A stretch of 62,251 bases of DNA from Nemertoderma westbladi. Its lineage: Eukaryota; Animalia; Xenacoelomorpha. Positions 13,701-25,978 of this stretch are shown piece after piece (within the stretch, counting starts at the first letter, position 1; the number at the start of each line of letters is the position of its first letter). The notes beneath the pieces are model-generated. The model worked only from the letters and a program-made list of their open reading frames with translations, ran no database searches and was not told the DNA's origin. Made by a program: the position numbers and the translations under genes. Where the stretch lies: contig JAUCBJ010001678.1 in assembly GCA_032718475.1 (NCBI GenBank), positions 1 through 62,251 of the forward strand, in the 5' to 3' direction.

Positions 13701-15754
13701 ACCTACCATGTTAACCTACCATGTTAACCTACCTTGTTAACCTACCATGTTAACCTACCATGTTAACCTACCATGTTAACCTACCATGTTAACCTACCAT
13801 GTTAACCTACCATGTTAACCTACCATGTTAACCTACCATGTTAACCTACCATGTTAACTTACCATGTTAACCTACCATGTTAACCTACCATGTTAACCTA
13901 CCATGTCAACCTACCATGTTAACCTACCATGTTAACCTACCATGTTAACCTACCATGTTAACCTACCATGTTAACCTACCATGTTAACCTACCATGTTAA
14001 CCTACCATGTTAACCTACCATGTTAACCTACCATGTTAACCTACCATGTTAACCTACCATGTTAACCTACCATGTTAACCTACCATGTTAACCTACCATG
14101 TTAACCTACCAGGTTAACCTACCATGTTAAGTTATTATGTTGATTTCCTTCAGCAAATAAATCATTAACTACTTCGGCCTACGGCCTCAGTAGTTATACA
14201 GATTAATTTGTTTCAGGTACCGGTATTATATCCGTTTATTCCGTTCTCGAACAGACAATAATTATATAGTATATTATTCCAAATTGAATGAAGGTAACTT
14301 TGGTTTGATAACTTATGGATGATCATAAACTCCCTTTTTTCATATTTACTATACCGTTTAACTAACTATATACGCTGTATCCAAACCACTACGCCATTCA
14401 ACAGTAATAGAAAACCGACACCAGTTGTAAACATGAAGGGAAACAAGCAGGTTATAGTGACAGGCTATTCTAACCAAAGCAATACTCGAGAGCCAAGAAC
14501 TGCACTTGTTACCTAGATAAGTTTTTGTTCATAATAACGGTTGTTGGTTTTTCTGTTTACACTGAATACAGAAAGATCGATTCATGTATTTGAATTATAC
14601 TTTTTTTCAGGTACATAGTGGCGTTGGATGAGCCACGACCGCAGCACCCCCTAGCGGCGTTAACCGCGCTGCCCCGGGACCAATGGGCGCGCGCCCGTCA
14701 GCGTCTGGAGGAGACGCCGAGAAACCGTATTCTCCTACGGATGGTCGACAACTCCGCCTTCGTTGTTTGTCTCGATGGCGACGCCTCCAAGGACGTTGAG
14801 TCCATGGTCCGGTCGGGGTTGCACGGCGCCCCGGGGGACCGCTGGATGGACAAGTCGCTGTCCGTGTGCGTGGACCGGGCCGGGGTCGTCGCTGCCCACT
14901 TCGAGCACTCGTGGGGCGACGGGGTCGCGGTTGTCAGGTTCCTTAATGACGTCACCGTGGACACGTTGTATCGTCCGTGCGTCACCAAGGAGACGCACAG
15001 CGACGAGTCTGTGGATCCGACCAAGTCAGTTTATAAGATCGAGTTGGAGCTTAATGACGTCACCAAACAGTACGTTGACGACGCTGTTAAGTATTACAAT
15101 GACGTCACATCGAAGTTAGACATTAATTATCTGTTTAAAGAAAGTTTCGGTAAGAATTTGTGTAAAGCCAACGGAGTTAGTCCCGATTCTATGGCCCAGC
15201 TGGCGTTCCAGAACGCTTATTATCGCTATAGCAACGGGAAAACTGCGCCCACTTATGAGTCATGCAGCACGGCGATGTACAGACACGGTCGCACTGAGAC
15301 GATTCGAGCGGCAACCGCGGAGACCCTGGAAGCGAGTCGAGTGTTACGCAACGCGCCGCAAGGGGCGTTACCGTTACTAAAGGAGTGCTCGAAACGCCAC
15401 CAGTCGCTCACGCTGAACGCCGCGTACGGTTTGGGTTGCGACAGACATCTACTCGCGTTGGCTCGATTCTCCGACACGGCAGACAGACCCTCACTGTTCG
15501 CGAGTCCCAACCACGCCTACGTTAACCAGTTCGTTCTCTCGACCAGCACCGTAAGCTCGCCTTACATTCTCAGTGGCGGTTTCGGGCCGGTTGTTCCCAA
15601 CGGGTTCGGTATTGGTTACTCGATTCAGGACGACCTAGTCGGCGTCATTCTCACCAACTATAGAGACACACAGAATGGGGGTCAGTTCATCGAGGCTCTC
15701 GAAGAGTCCTTCAATGATATTTATTCAGTTTTATCCAAAACAACTAGCGATTAA
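7748..15754 (+). CDS. CPT2: Carnitine O-palmitoyltransferase 2, mitochondrial; exons 7748-8348, 9392-9707, 14611-15754 (686 aa)
   Basis: Motifs FQRSLPRLPIPKL, PEVFH, PLDMSQY, catalytic FEHSWGDGVAV, YESCST..GRTETIR, LSTST and GGFGPVVPNGFGIGY. GT-AG junctions give 2061 nt in one frame. Confidence 0.95.
8696..8996. repeat. About 69-bp tandem repeat (about 4.5 copies) in CPT2 intron 1
   Basis: Unit TTGGTTATAAAAGCCTACCTCTGTAACCTGCTCCTTTCCCCCAAGTGGTAACAACACTGTTTATTATT; a related unit occurs inverted at about 47040-47165. Confidence 0.85.
9873..13198. repeat. 15-bp minisatellite (AAAAATATCGAGAGT)n as two inverted arms, foldback-type, in CPT2 intron 2
   Basis: Direct array about 9873-12350, spacer, then reverse-complement array about 12588-13198. 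Confidence 0.95.
13688..14130. repeat. 13-bp minisatellite (ACCTACCATGTTA)n
   Basis: About 34 near-perfect copies. Confidence 0.95.
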
Positions 15755-16339
15755 TATTTAGGTCAATATACTTTATTTCAGTTTGTGCTCAATTATTAAT
15801 TACTGTTTAGATTTATTAATGAATCCGACTTTATTTAATAAATTTATGTTAAATTCAATTCGAATTTAAATATAATAAACATATTTTTATCTCAGCAACT
15901 GATTTATTGATTTATTACTGATTACATTGAAGAGTTTTTTTCTTCATAAATCTCGTAACTGTATTACTGCTACACCATGATAGCATGATACCAGCATACT
16001 GACAAAGGAATTGACTATTATTGTTAATACTGTTTTTAATACTTTCTATTGTCACAATAACTTTCTAAACAAACAGAACTCAATATCCAATATTTGTTTA
16101 TCGGCGTTGTATACTATTGTTGTATTGAATACTGGTATATCCTATATATAAAAATTCTCTGTTTGTCTGTATGTTTGTTTGTACAGCTATAGGAATCGAC
16201 ATGTTGCAACTTTACTCGAAGTTTTTTCGTGTCAAAATCTCTGCGATTTGCCACCCTTAAAATGTAAAACCATGATTGGTCAACAACGATTTAATTAAAT
16301 TTAACAGCTTTATTAGTTATTATATTACATCTGTAATGG

Positions 16340-16590
16340 GAAGTTTAGAAGACACCCTAATGGCTCACCCATCCGCAATACCCATCATTCTAGGCGATTT
16401 CAATGCAGTCATAGGTAGTTCTAATTGCTCTAGATTTTACTGAATGTCACCAACATCCTTGGGGTAAAACTTTCTGGATTTTCTAAGCAGTACAAACAGC
16501 TCATGTTTGGACAGAGCTGAACGTGTTGGTGGTCAATGTTATACTTTTCAATGCACTAACAGTACCAAATCCTACATAGATCATATTTCG
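16340..16590 (+). mobile_element. Degraded LINE endonuclease fragment
   Basis: Translates to PIILGDFNA and YIDHI, motifs of the LINE apurinic-type endonuclease. Confidence 0.5.
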
Positions 16591-16595
16591 ATCTA

Positions 16596-17178
16596 AGAAG
16601 TAGTAGATATCCGGCAACTACAGTCACAGACACCGACTTTGCGGATGACATCGCCCTGCTCTCTAATACGCTAGCAGATGCACAGCTTCTACTGAATAAA
16701 GTGGAGAGGGCTGCTAAGGAGGTTGGATTGCATATAATTGCTACCAAGACCGAATTCATGACCTTTAATGTTGATGGAAACTTGACAACCATTGATAATA
16801 ATCAACTAAGGGAGGTAGATGACTTCCAGTACCTTGGATCATGGATAGAGAGTAGCAAAAAGGACATAGAAGTTAGGAAAGCAAAGGCTTGGGTAGCTCT
16901 ATCAAAAATGGATACCATCTGGAAATCAGATCTCTCCAGGCACCTGAAGACTAAGTTCTTTCGAGCCACAGTGGAAAGTGTACTTTTATACTGGGGTGAG
17001 ACCTGGACACTGACTAAATCACTTGAACAACGAATTGATGGTTGCTCAACAAGACTACTAAGGGCAGCCCTTAACATCAGCTGGAGATAACACATGACAA
17101 ACGCCGAGCTTTATGGTACAATACCACCTGTATCAACCACCCTCCGTGAACGCAGATTAAGATTCAGTGGGCACTGCA
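16596..17178 (+). mobile_element. RTE-clade LINE fragment (3' part of RT)
   Basis: FADDIALL, FQYLGSWI and LLRAALNISW; near-identical to copies at 31676 and 56646. Confidence 0.9.
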
Positions 17179-18675
17179 GTGCTGCAATTAGACAGGTTCC
17201 ATTGGACTGTCTCGCGAAACTTTGAATGAAATTGCATTTTCCGGCCTACTATATGGTCTGGAATTTGGTTTTGGTCTTCTTGGCAAAACAGCAATGGAGT
17301 CCCTAGACAGTCACTACTGGAAAACTATGCGTGGTTTATTCTACTGTAATAACTACTGTATGTCTCGAGTTCAGTGGTGGTGCTCACTCTGTTCGGGTCC
17401 TCTTCACTGAGTGATCTGGTATTTACTCGTATCTCTGAGTTGCTCCAACGAATAACGCTCTGCCCGAAGATGTACTTGCAACAAAATTTAAGGTAACTAC
17501 TGATTGTGAACTCGCTCTCTCCCAGGAAGAAGCAAATAATGGCTCTCAGTCGTTCTTATGAGTTGGCGAGACGTACGGTAGGACTGCCATCAATCAATGT
17601 TCAATATGTTGAACTACAGTATATATACTCAGCACAGGAGTTATCCCCTCGGTTGGACGAGGGTGTTGCCACCTCTTCAGATGTTCACAATGCGAACTTT
17701 CTATTTCTAAGGGAATGTTCAAAACAAATGGGCTGACCTTTTCGACAAAATGAAATCTAGCCAGACATCTGACCTTTACAGATATTGATTGAATATAATA
17801 TATGATGTATTCCCACTTTTAAATTCAACCAATGATCTCAATATATCTGAACATATATTTTTAATTTGCTTTATGTGTATAGATACTACTGACTTTTGAT
17901 TGTGACGTTTCAATTTTAATTGAATACATATGTTTTTAGTATAAATAAACATAAATAAATGCCGACTGCTGCGGTTCAGCGCTATGGGTGTCGTTATTTG
18001 CCGCGCTTCTGCAAGTTTACTAAAGAGTCGATGGAATAATGATAAAAACATTTTTAATGTTTTTTCCTTTGTAATATAGGTACCCAATTTGATTTTTAAA
18101 TTGGTTCTTTTAAACCGTTCATTGATTTTATACTAAATAAAAGAAAAAATTTGACAAACAATTACTTTTTATTTTGATATGTTTTTTAGCATTTTGCTAT
18201 TGCTAGTGCACATTGCTAGCTATTACTTCTTATGGTATATTTATAACTAGTCATTTCTAGTATTTTGTAATTGCTATCATAATAATAAATAATCAGTGCT
18301 ATTATAATAAAATTGGTTAAAATTTACTGAATGTTACAATAACTACTTCCAACGTGTTTTGTTTAGTAGAATGAGGTATGCCAGATGTTTGCGCTACGAT
18401 AAAAACTAATATTCGTAAGTCTATGCGTAACGTAATGTTATACTGGGGTCGGGACGACCCTATATTTTACGTGTATAATTTATGTAAAGAGGCAAATACA
18501 CCTGGTTTCGTGTACATACAAGAGTTATTATCTTCCAGAAATGATTTTATTGCGCGGAGAGTAAAACGAAAATTAAGACGTATATACGTGCCAAGGCTTC
18601 ATTGTCACACAGTAAATATGTTACATATCTAGATATTTATCCTAATTTAGAGGTACATAAAATATACAGCATGTT

Positions 18676-19166
18676 AGTAGTAGAAGAAGAGTGTCCCTCC
18701 GCGAACTCCTCCCTAGCCTGGGCTACGGGCTGCATCTCGGAGGGCTATTAAAAACGTGCTAAATCGCGATGTTTAATGACCATCTGTCACCATCAATATT
18801 GATTCGTGTCGATGCCTTCAACCAATCGTTGCCTATCGCCTACGCGTAGCCTAACCTCACGATGCCCGCCTTACTCGATAGCTGTTACCAACCGAGAGTA
18901 TTGATTCGTGTTGTTGCATCAACCAACCATCGCATATTCATCTTCGCGTAACCTAACTTCACGATGCATGGCTAGCCCCCACTACGCTATTATATTATAT
19001 ATCGATTGCCAACTCACCGCCGCTAGCCACGCACGGCTACTCCTCGACGGCTGTCGCCAAATCAATCCAACCAACCAACCAAGCAGCCTACCAGTCCAAT
19101 CCAACGCTATGATACGTGAAATTCCGCCACGTTCCAGCTACACGTATACGAATATTTCCATAGTTA
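18676..19166 (+). repeat. Polinton left terminal inverted repeat
   Basis: Reverse complement of 44519-45009 with about 8 substitutions counted by eye. Confidence 0.97.
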
Positions 19167-19586
19167 TTTCCTATCCAGGCAACCAACCACTGTATACTGT
19201 ATATGCTGACGACGTGGCCACCAACTACACGCATCATGCATATATTATATTATATTGATTGCCAACTCCACGACCGCTGTCGCCAAATCAACAAACCAAC
19301 CAGTATGATACATGAGATTCCGTCACGTTCCAGCTACGCGTATACGAGTATTAGTGATTATTATTATTACGCAATAATTTTTTTTGTTTATACAGTAGTT
19401 CCCTACCGGCTAATCAACCAATCAATAAACCGAATTTAGGCTATTTCTCAGTTTAAGACCTGTATTATTTTTGAAAATATCTTATATATATAATCTCTTG
19501 CTTTAATCGCAATTAATCATTTGTAATGGTTTTAGTTTAAAAGTTTTTACTTTGTTTGTTTGATTTACAATAAAATAAATTAAATA

Positions 19587-20030
19587 ATGTCTTCTGATTC
19601 CGATATGGTTATGCCAATAGTAAGGCAGTCATTTTTTGCAGAAGATGGTCAAGCCTATATTGTTATTGATTATACAATTTACCGTCAAGGAGATGATAAA
19701 TATAAAATCGATTTTTCTGAAAAAGCCAGGAAAGTTTTAAGCTCAATCGATATTGATGCTTCTGATAATAGTATTCATCTTTTAGATTACAACCTGAAAG
19801 CTGAGCATGGGGGAAAATTAACCAACATCTTACTATTATCCATGATAGAGGGGTTTATTGTTATTACACAATACAACGAAGCTGGTGAAAAGTTTGAAAT
19901 ACGGCTAAATCGGCATAGCCCCTACGAAATTATGTCTTTCTTTATTGTAATGATTTCAAAAGAATCCTTTATCGAAACTGAAGAATCAACGGATAATGTT
20001 GAATATGTTGATAATATCATTGATTCTTGA
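19587..20030 (+). CDS. Polinton hypothetical protein (147 aa, acidic)
   Basis: Clean ATG ORF just inside the TIR, with a TATATATA run near 19484; no family recognised. Confidence 0.6.
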   Translation: MSSDSDMVMPIVRQSFFAEDGQAYIVIDYTIYRQGDDKYKIDFSEKARKVLSSIDIDASDNSIHLLDYNLKAEHGGKLTNILLLSMIEGFIVITQYNEAGEKFEIRLNRHSPYEIMSFFIVMISKESFIETEESTDNVEYVDNIIDS

Positions 20031-20195
20031 CTTTTCCCTCTATATTATAAATATTTTATGATTATATATAAAATTTTGTTGTTTTTAAATAATCGAAAAT
20101 TGTAGTAGTATTTGTATATACAGTATAACAGTTTTGTTTGTTGTTGTTGTTGTGTATTGTGGTAATTATTTTCAATTTACTTTAAAATTTGGAAA

Positions 20196-20543
20196 ATGGA
20201 TATTTTAAATGAAAAATGTCCAGTTTGCTATTCTAAGTTATTGCAACAACATCGAGATTATTATAAATGTGAAAATAAACATGCAACTTGCGTACAATGT
20301 ATTGTACAATATTCCGAAATGAATAATTATTGTTCTAAAATTTGTCCTATTTGTCGCGCACCCATATCTAAGTTTAATATAAAGTTGGCAAGATACCAAC
20401 CCTATTATTGGAAAGAGCTTCGCAATATAACTTATATTTCTGCGAAAAGTAATGATCCGGGAGATTTATTTACAATATTGGAGAATATTTTTTATAGAAA
20501 CGTAGTTCGAAGGTGTTGCTATTATATTCCTTATTTTTTTTAG
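20196..20543 (+). CDS. Polinton RING-finger protein, putative E3 ligase
   Basis: CPVC...CENKHATCVQC...CPICRAP fits C3HC4 RING spacing; the 3' end lies in a T run and may be frameshifted. Confidence 0.75.
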   Translation: MDILNEKCPVCYSKLLQQHRDYYKCENKHATCVQCIVQYSEMNNYCSKICPICRAPISKFNIKLARYQPYYWKELRNITYISAKSNDPGDLFTILENIFYRNVVRRCCYYIPYFF

Positions 20544-20859
20544 CAGCGAACATAAAAAAATCATTAGCGCGAAATTCTCGGGAAGTGATTTCCAAACCGC
20601 TGATGTTACCTATCATTATTTCGCGTATAAAGATGCTCACCATGCTTGAAATTACATCAGTCTATACTATAATTGGAAATAGCACCTTTTGCTGCAGCGG
20701 GCGTCACATACTGTAGTGGCGTCATATGTTAATTAAATATACAGTACTCTAATATTGTAGTTGCATCAATTATTGTTATATACATAGTAATGGTGTTGGT
20801 TTATTGATATTGATATTATATTATATTGTATTGTTAATATATCTTAATAATAATAATAA

Positions 20860-21543
20860 ATGGCTGACTTTAATTCAGGCCCATATAATTTAAACTTTCA
20901 AATGGGAACGAGTATGATAATTTCAGGGCCATCTGGTTCCGGAAAGTCAACCTTTGTAAGCAATTTAATTAAACACAAGAATGGCTGCTTCAACGAAGCC
21001 CCCTTGCGAGTATTGTATTGTTACGGGAGCAATCCCCCGACTATTCCCGGTATTACTCACCTTTACAAAGGCTTGCCTGAAAATATAGATAGATTAGTCA
21101 ATAGTCGAGATTTATTAATTATAGATGATTTGTTAACAGAAACTGAGTCCAGTACAGCATTAACTGTATTGTTTACTAAGGTAGCTCATCATTCCAATAT
21201 ATTTATTTGTTTTATAACGCAAAACATGTTTTACGGTGGGAAGCATAACCGCACAAGATCAATTAATAGCCATACTTTAGTATTAATGAAAAATCTGAGA
21301 GACAGTCTATCGGTTTTAAATTTTGCGAAGCAAATGTTACCAGGGCAGACCAAATTTTTAGTTGATTCCTATCAAGATGCAACAATTCAACCATTTTCAC
21401 ATTTCTTAATTGATTTACGACCTTAAACACCCGAACATTTAAGATTTAGATCGGATATATTTCGTAATCATAATTGTTACATTAAAAATTACATTGACTA
21501 TAAACGTAGCGAAAATAATAATAATAATAATAATGATAAATAA
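20860..21543 (+). pseudogene. Packaging ATPase (FtsK/A32-like) with premature TAA at 21424-21426
   Basis: Walker A GPSGSGKS, Walker B LLIIDD, ITQN and RSINSH; the frame continues TPEHLRFRSDIF after the stop, as in Polinton ATPases. Confidence 0.92.
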
Positions 21544-21580
21544 TTAATATTTTGTAACAATTTTCAATAATGTTGCAACA

Positions 21581-23562
21581 ATGAATAGACTTGTGCAGAA
21601 ATATCGTAACGAACTGGAATTTCTATGCAGCGCTACCCCTCAACAAAGAACTTATTTTATTAACCATACCGCCTGTAACGAATTAATACGGCTCATTGTA
21701 AATACTGCAGTAAGGGGGGGGGTACACCCCCCTATGGACCTTTTTTGCAAATGGCTATAATTTCTGCTTGTTTGTAATTTTGTATATTTTATACCTTTCG
21801 GGGGATTAACATATGGCCAAAGATTTGGTTCAAAAAAAAATTTTCAAATTTGCGGCCACCAGCGAAATTGTTAATTTCACTAAAAACACTACTAGTCTCA
21901 CAATTTTGGGCGAAAATTTTCGAAACTTGGTTTTTCTGAATCAGCATCCTCGGCTCCACAAAACTTATCGGTTACATTTTTTATTAAGGTCTTAAATATT
22001 TTTTAAATATTATTAACTAATATTAATTATTACTTAATAGATATTAACTAATTTCAAGAAATTAATATGGCACAATTCAAAATTCTAACCGATAACTTTT
22101 GATCAAAACCCGAAAATAAATCTAACAAAAAAAAAATTTCGAAAATTGGTTAAGAAATGGCTCAGCAGTAGTATTTTGAATGTGAAAAATACAATTCCGA
22201 GATAAACGCATTTAAAGTTTAAGAACAATACATTTCAAATGTTCCCGCTATTTTCAGTACTGGTATCTCCTTTTCTTTTCCCATTGGTTATCCCCTATCC
22301 ATATTTTGTGATTTCTCAATGGATTTCATGAATTTTGGTTCAAAAAAAACCCTACCCACTTTTAACAACCTGTTAAAATAATTTTAGAGTGCTTGCCAAA
22401 AAACACTTCGCGCAGCACGTGAACAAATTACATTTTGGCGTATTGATTTGATCGCATACTATTTCGTCATTTAGTCATAAATAGTCATGGAATAATGAGA
22501 TAACCTTAAGAAACATTCAAAATTATATAAAAATTTCCACATAATTTTATAATAAGCCTTTACACAGAACATTAAGCTTTGCACAGCACGTGAAACCTTC
22601 GCGCAGCACGTGAGACATTTGCGCAGCAGGTGAAGGTTTCACGTAGCAGTTAAATTCTTCATAAAGCACGTTAATTAATCGAGCACCTCGGAAAGCTTTT
22701 TGATCAGAATGAGAAGCCTTCACGCGGCACATGAAAAGTTCATGCTGCACATGAAGACTTCGCGCAGCACGTGAATTATTCTCAGAGACTGCGGAATTAA
22801 AAAAAAATAAGTTTATGGTTGTTTCCCAGAATAATTATTACTAGATATTGTTATATGATGGTTCACATTTGTTATTACTAGTAGACAACTAGTCCATTAG
22901 ACAACTGTTCAATATGCAATGCAAAACTCACAAATATCTATTAAATATATATTAATTAAAATTTGACGGACATGTTGACAGACAGACAGACATACAAACA
23001 GAAAGACAACCTGAGAGACAGACTGAGATACAGACATAGTGATTAGATAATTCCAAATATTAAAACAGACATCGACATTAAGAAAAATCCTACCAGTAAA
23101 CATTTCAGATTGCTTATTTTATGCCCTTTTTAATATTTCGATGGACAGACAGACAGACATACAGACGGAAAACCAGCCATTACTCGAGAAGTAAAAGAGA
23201 TCTCGCTAAGCCGTTTCCAGATTTGAAATCCGCATTAAATTCTACTCTAGATGAAATAAAAAAACAAAAAATGAAAATTTTGACCTGAGGGGGGGTGTAC
23301 CCCCCCCTTAAATGTTCTAAAAGGTAACGTACAATTGACCCCTCATTCATTTAGAAATATTCGGCGCTATAAGAAGGTATTGAAATCCCTCAACCGTAAA
23401 ACAAAAAATATATCAAGTTACAGAAAAAAGTTAAGCAATCAATCTGGAGGCATACTACCGTTTCTAATACCCTTACTCGGCATTGGTGCGAAACTTGCCG
23501 CGAGTGCCGGTGCCGCTGCCGCCGGGGCTGCTATTGCGAAAAAAATTAACCGTGGACGGTAA
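21581..23562 (+). pseudogene. Small basic virion core protein (127 aa), split by a TTAA transposon
   Basis: Rejoined: MNRLVQKYRNELEFL...LIVNTA-LNVLKGNVQLT...RKKLSNQSGGILPFLIPLLG; QSGG is an adenain-type site followed by a hydrophobic helix. Confidence 0.8.
21714..23307. mobile_element. Non-autonomous TTAA-targeting DNA transposon (Kolobok-like)
   Basis: TIRs GGGGGGGGTACACCCCCC; flanks GTAA (21710-21713) and TTAA (23308-23311); GG termini rather than piggyBac CC; internal GCGCAGCACGTGA repeats; no transposase. Confidence 0.75.
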
Positions 23563-23564
23563 TA

Positions 23565-23735
23565 ATGGTTAAAACGGGAGTAACATTTAGAAAATTATAT
23601 TTAGTATCGAGTAAACCGTTAGCTACTGATTTAAAACCACAAGATATACCTAGAGTAAATACTACAAAAAGAAAACCCTTTAAAACATCAACTTCAAAGA
23701 AAATAATCAAAAAGTTTCAGTTGTTCTTACGGTGA
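23565..23735 (+). CDS. Small basic Polinton ORF (56 aa)
   Basis: MVKTGVTFRKLYLVSSKP...KKIIKKFQLFLR; starts 2 nt after the upstream stop in a packed gene block; below the ORF track cut-off. Confidence 0.45.
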   Translation: MVKTGVTFRKLYLVSSKPLATDLKPQDIPRVNTTKRKPFKTSTSKKIIKKFQLFLR

Positions 23736-23786
23736 TGCCCTTTATAAGAGATTTGAATATACATATTACTTGCGGTTGTCGAAAAG

Positions 23787-24878
23787 ATGCCTCGCAAGAT
23801 GAAACCGATTTTAAGCCGAAGATTAGACAAAAAACTGTTAAGAATTTATTTAGATCCTTCATCCCCTGCGGGATTTGCAAGTGTTGCAAAATTAGCAAAA
23901 GCTGCAAACATCAAACCAGCGCAAGCCCAGAAATGGTTGAGCGGGCAAAAGACATACACCCTTCACGCTCCACGTAGACAACATTATCCAACATCTAAAA
24001 TATTTACGGGAGGCATAAAAGATATATATATGATAGATCTGGTGGATATGCAGCAATATAAATCGCAAAATAATAATTATAACTATATATTAACGTGCAT
24101 TGATGCCTTCAGTCGGCTTGCTTTTGCCTATGCTATGAAAACAAAAAAGGGTGTTGAAATTATTAGTATATTGCAAAAAATATTCCAGAAAGGAAAACCA
24201 AACAGAATCGCCACAGATCAAGGTTCTGAGTTTCTAAATAAATCTGTAAGGAAATATTTAGATACGTTAGGTATACAGTATTACGTAATGTATTCTGTGA
24301 ATAAGGCGGCTATTGTCGAGAGATTCAACAGAACCTTAAAAACAAAGATGTTCAAAATTTTCACGCAAAGGGGAAATAATATTTGGATAAAAATTTTACC
24401 TAAGCTTATCTCGGCTTATAATAGGTCGTATCATAGGACAATAAAAATGACACCTATTGAAGTTAATAAATTTAATGAAACTGAATTAATGAATAGATTA
24501 TATGGGAAATATAGACAGATAAATCACAAGAAAATAAAATTTAAAGTTGGAGATACAGTACGATTATCTATTGCTCGTACTGCTTTTGCTAAAGGCTATC
24601 GAGAACAATGGACACGTGAATTATTTATTATTCATCGTGTCAGGTTGGATAGAGTACCAGCGGTAATGTTCGATATTAAGGACAGCGCTGGAGCTATAAT
24701 AAAGGGCTCATTTTATTCTCACGAACTCCAAAAGGTCCACCCGAATAGTAATATTTATCTAGCAATTGACAAAAAAAATATTGGCAAACTTAAAGAACGT
24801 GTACGCAATGGGAAGAAAGAATATTTAGTCCGATTCATCGGATCCAAGAAACAGTCCTGGGTACAGCATATTCAATAA
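23787..24878 (+). CDS. Retroviral-like (DDE) Polinton integrase with chromodomain-like C-terminus
   Basis: IDLVDM, TCIDAFSR, TDQGSEF, VERFNRTLK, YNRSYHRTIKMTP, FKVGDTVR and KEYLVRFIG...SWV. Confidence 0.96.
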   Translation: MPRKMKPILSRRLDKKLLRIYLDPSSPAGFASVAKLAKAANIKPAQAQKWLSGQKTYTLHAPRRQHYPTSKIFTGGIKDIYMIDLVDMQQYKSQNNNYNYILTCIDAFSRLAFAYAMKTKKGVEIISILQKIFQKGKPNRIATDQGSEFLNKSVRKYLDTLGIQYYVMYSVNKAAIVERFNRTLKTKMFKIFTQRGNNIWIKILPKLISAYNRSYHRTIKMTPIEVNKFNETELMNRLYGKYRQINHKKIKFKVGDTVRLSIARTAFAKGYREQWTRELFIIHRVRLDRVPAVMFDIKDSAGAIIKGSFYSHELQKVHPNSNIYLAIDKKNIGKLKERVRNGKKEYLVRFIGSKKQSWVQHIQ

Positions 24879-25105
24879 GCTTAGGTTTATACTGTATATT
24901 AATTCATTTTGGTCGCATATGACCGTAATTAATCAATAATATTAACTCGAATGATATTACTATATCTATAGTTCATCCGCTTTAAATAAAGCCAGTAAAA
25001 TATTGATCCCTCGCATATACTGTAGAAGATGCGGCAATGAACGTGGTCACAGATGTCTATAATTTAACATTATACTGTATGTACAAAGGAGTAATAATAA
25101 TAATA

Positions 25106-25978
25106 ATGGCCACAGATACATATATCACTCTACTTTCAGATAGCTCATTGAACACTTATCCCAATAATAATCCTAGTGAGTTTACTGTTGATTTAGCTGA
25201 AGAATTATATATTGGTCCAAACGCCAAAATTGGGCTTGCTGAACTTCAATATCAAGCAACATACAGTAATATTACGCTGCAAACTCAAATTTCGCTGTCA
25301 ATCGGGGTAGATGCAAAAGATGCCAAATTATATAGTTTATTTCCTGGTATGCATAACTCTATTCAAGTGATTATTGATGATATAAATAAACTGTTTAATT
25401 CTGAAGCGAAATATAGAGATTTCGAATTCATTTTTAATACAAATAATTCTAGAATTAAATTTAAATTTCCTAAAAAGTTGAAAAAAATACAATTAAGTCT
25501 ACGTGGTGATTTAATACAAATTCTAGGCTTAAAACCGTTATTGGATCGGAATCATCTGGATATTCCGAATTGGGATATATACAGTACCACTACAGTAGAT
25601 GAATTAAGCAATATAGAACAGCCGATATTAATTTTAAATTATAGCGGGCCAAAAATTTCGGAAATTGGCATTTTAGATTTTCCAGCTCCCACAAATATAA
25701 CATGTAATAAAGATACAATTTTCATATACACAGATATTATTAAGAGCTCATTTGTTGGCGACGCTTTAGCTCCACTCTTAAGAACCTGCCCTTTAATGCA
25801 ATTAAATTGAAAATATATTAATCACGAATACGAGAGCATTTGCTATTTTCCATTGTTGAATAAAAAACTAAAAACAATCTTAATTACTTTACGTGACGGC
25901 CAAGGCCAATTAATTAACTTCAGCGGAGGTCGCACTATTATAACACTTAAGTTAATACGGGGTGGCGGTGATGGATGA
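25106..25978 (+). pseudogene. Minor capsid protein (penton) 1 with in-frame TGA at 25808-25810
   Basis: YITLLSDSSLNTYPNNNPSEFTVDL and IFIYTDIIKSSFVGDALAPLLR; the frame continues after the stop with YFPL...ITLRDGQGQLINF..TIITLKL. Confidence 0.85.

Noticed and set aside
14698-15510. Antisense and alternative-frame ORFs over CPT2 exon 3
   Set aside because: Shadow ORFs of GC-rich coding sequence; the same applies to those over AGBL4.
18908-19258. ORF pair at 18908 (+) and 44777 (-)
   Set aside because: They mirror each other only because they lie in the TIRs; non-ATG start, no motif, and they diverge at the TIR boundary.
21714-23307. piggyBac assignment
   Set aside because: TTAA fits, but the termini are GG..CC rather than piggyBac CC..GG.
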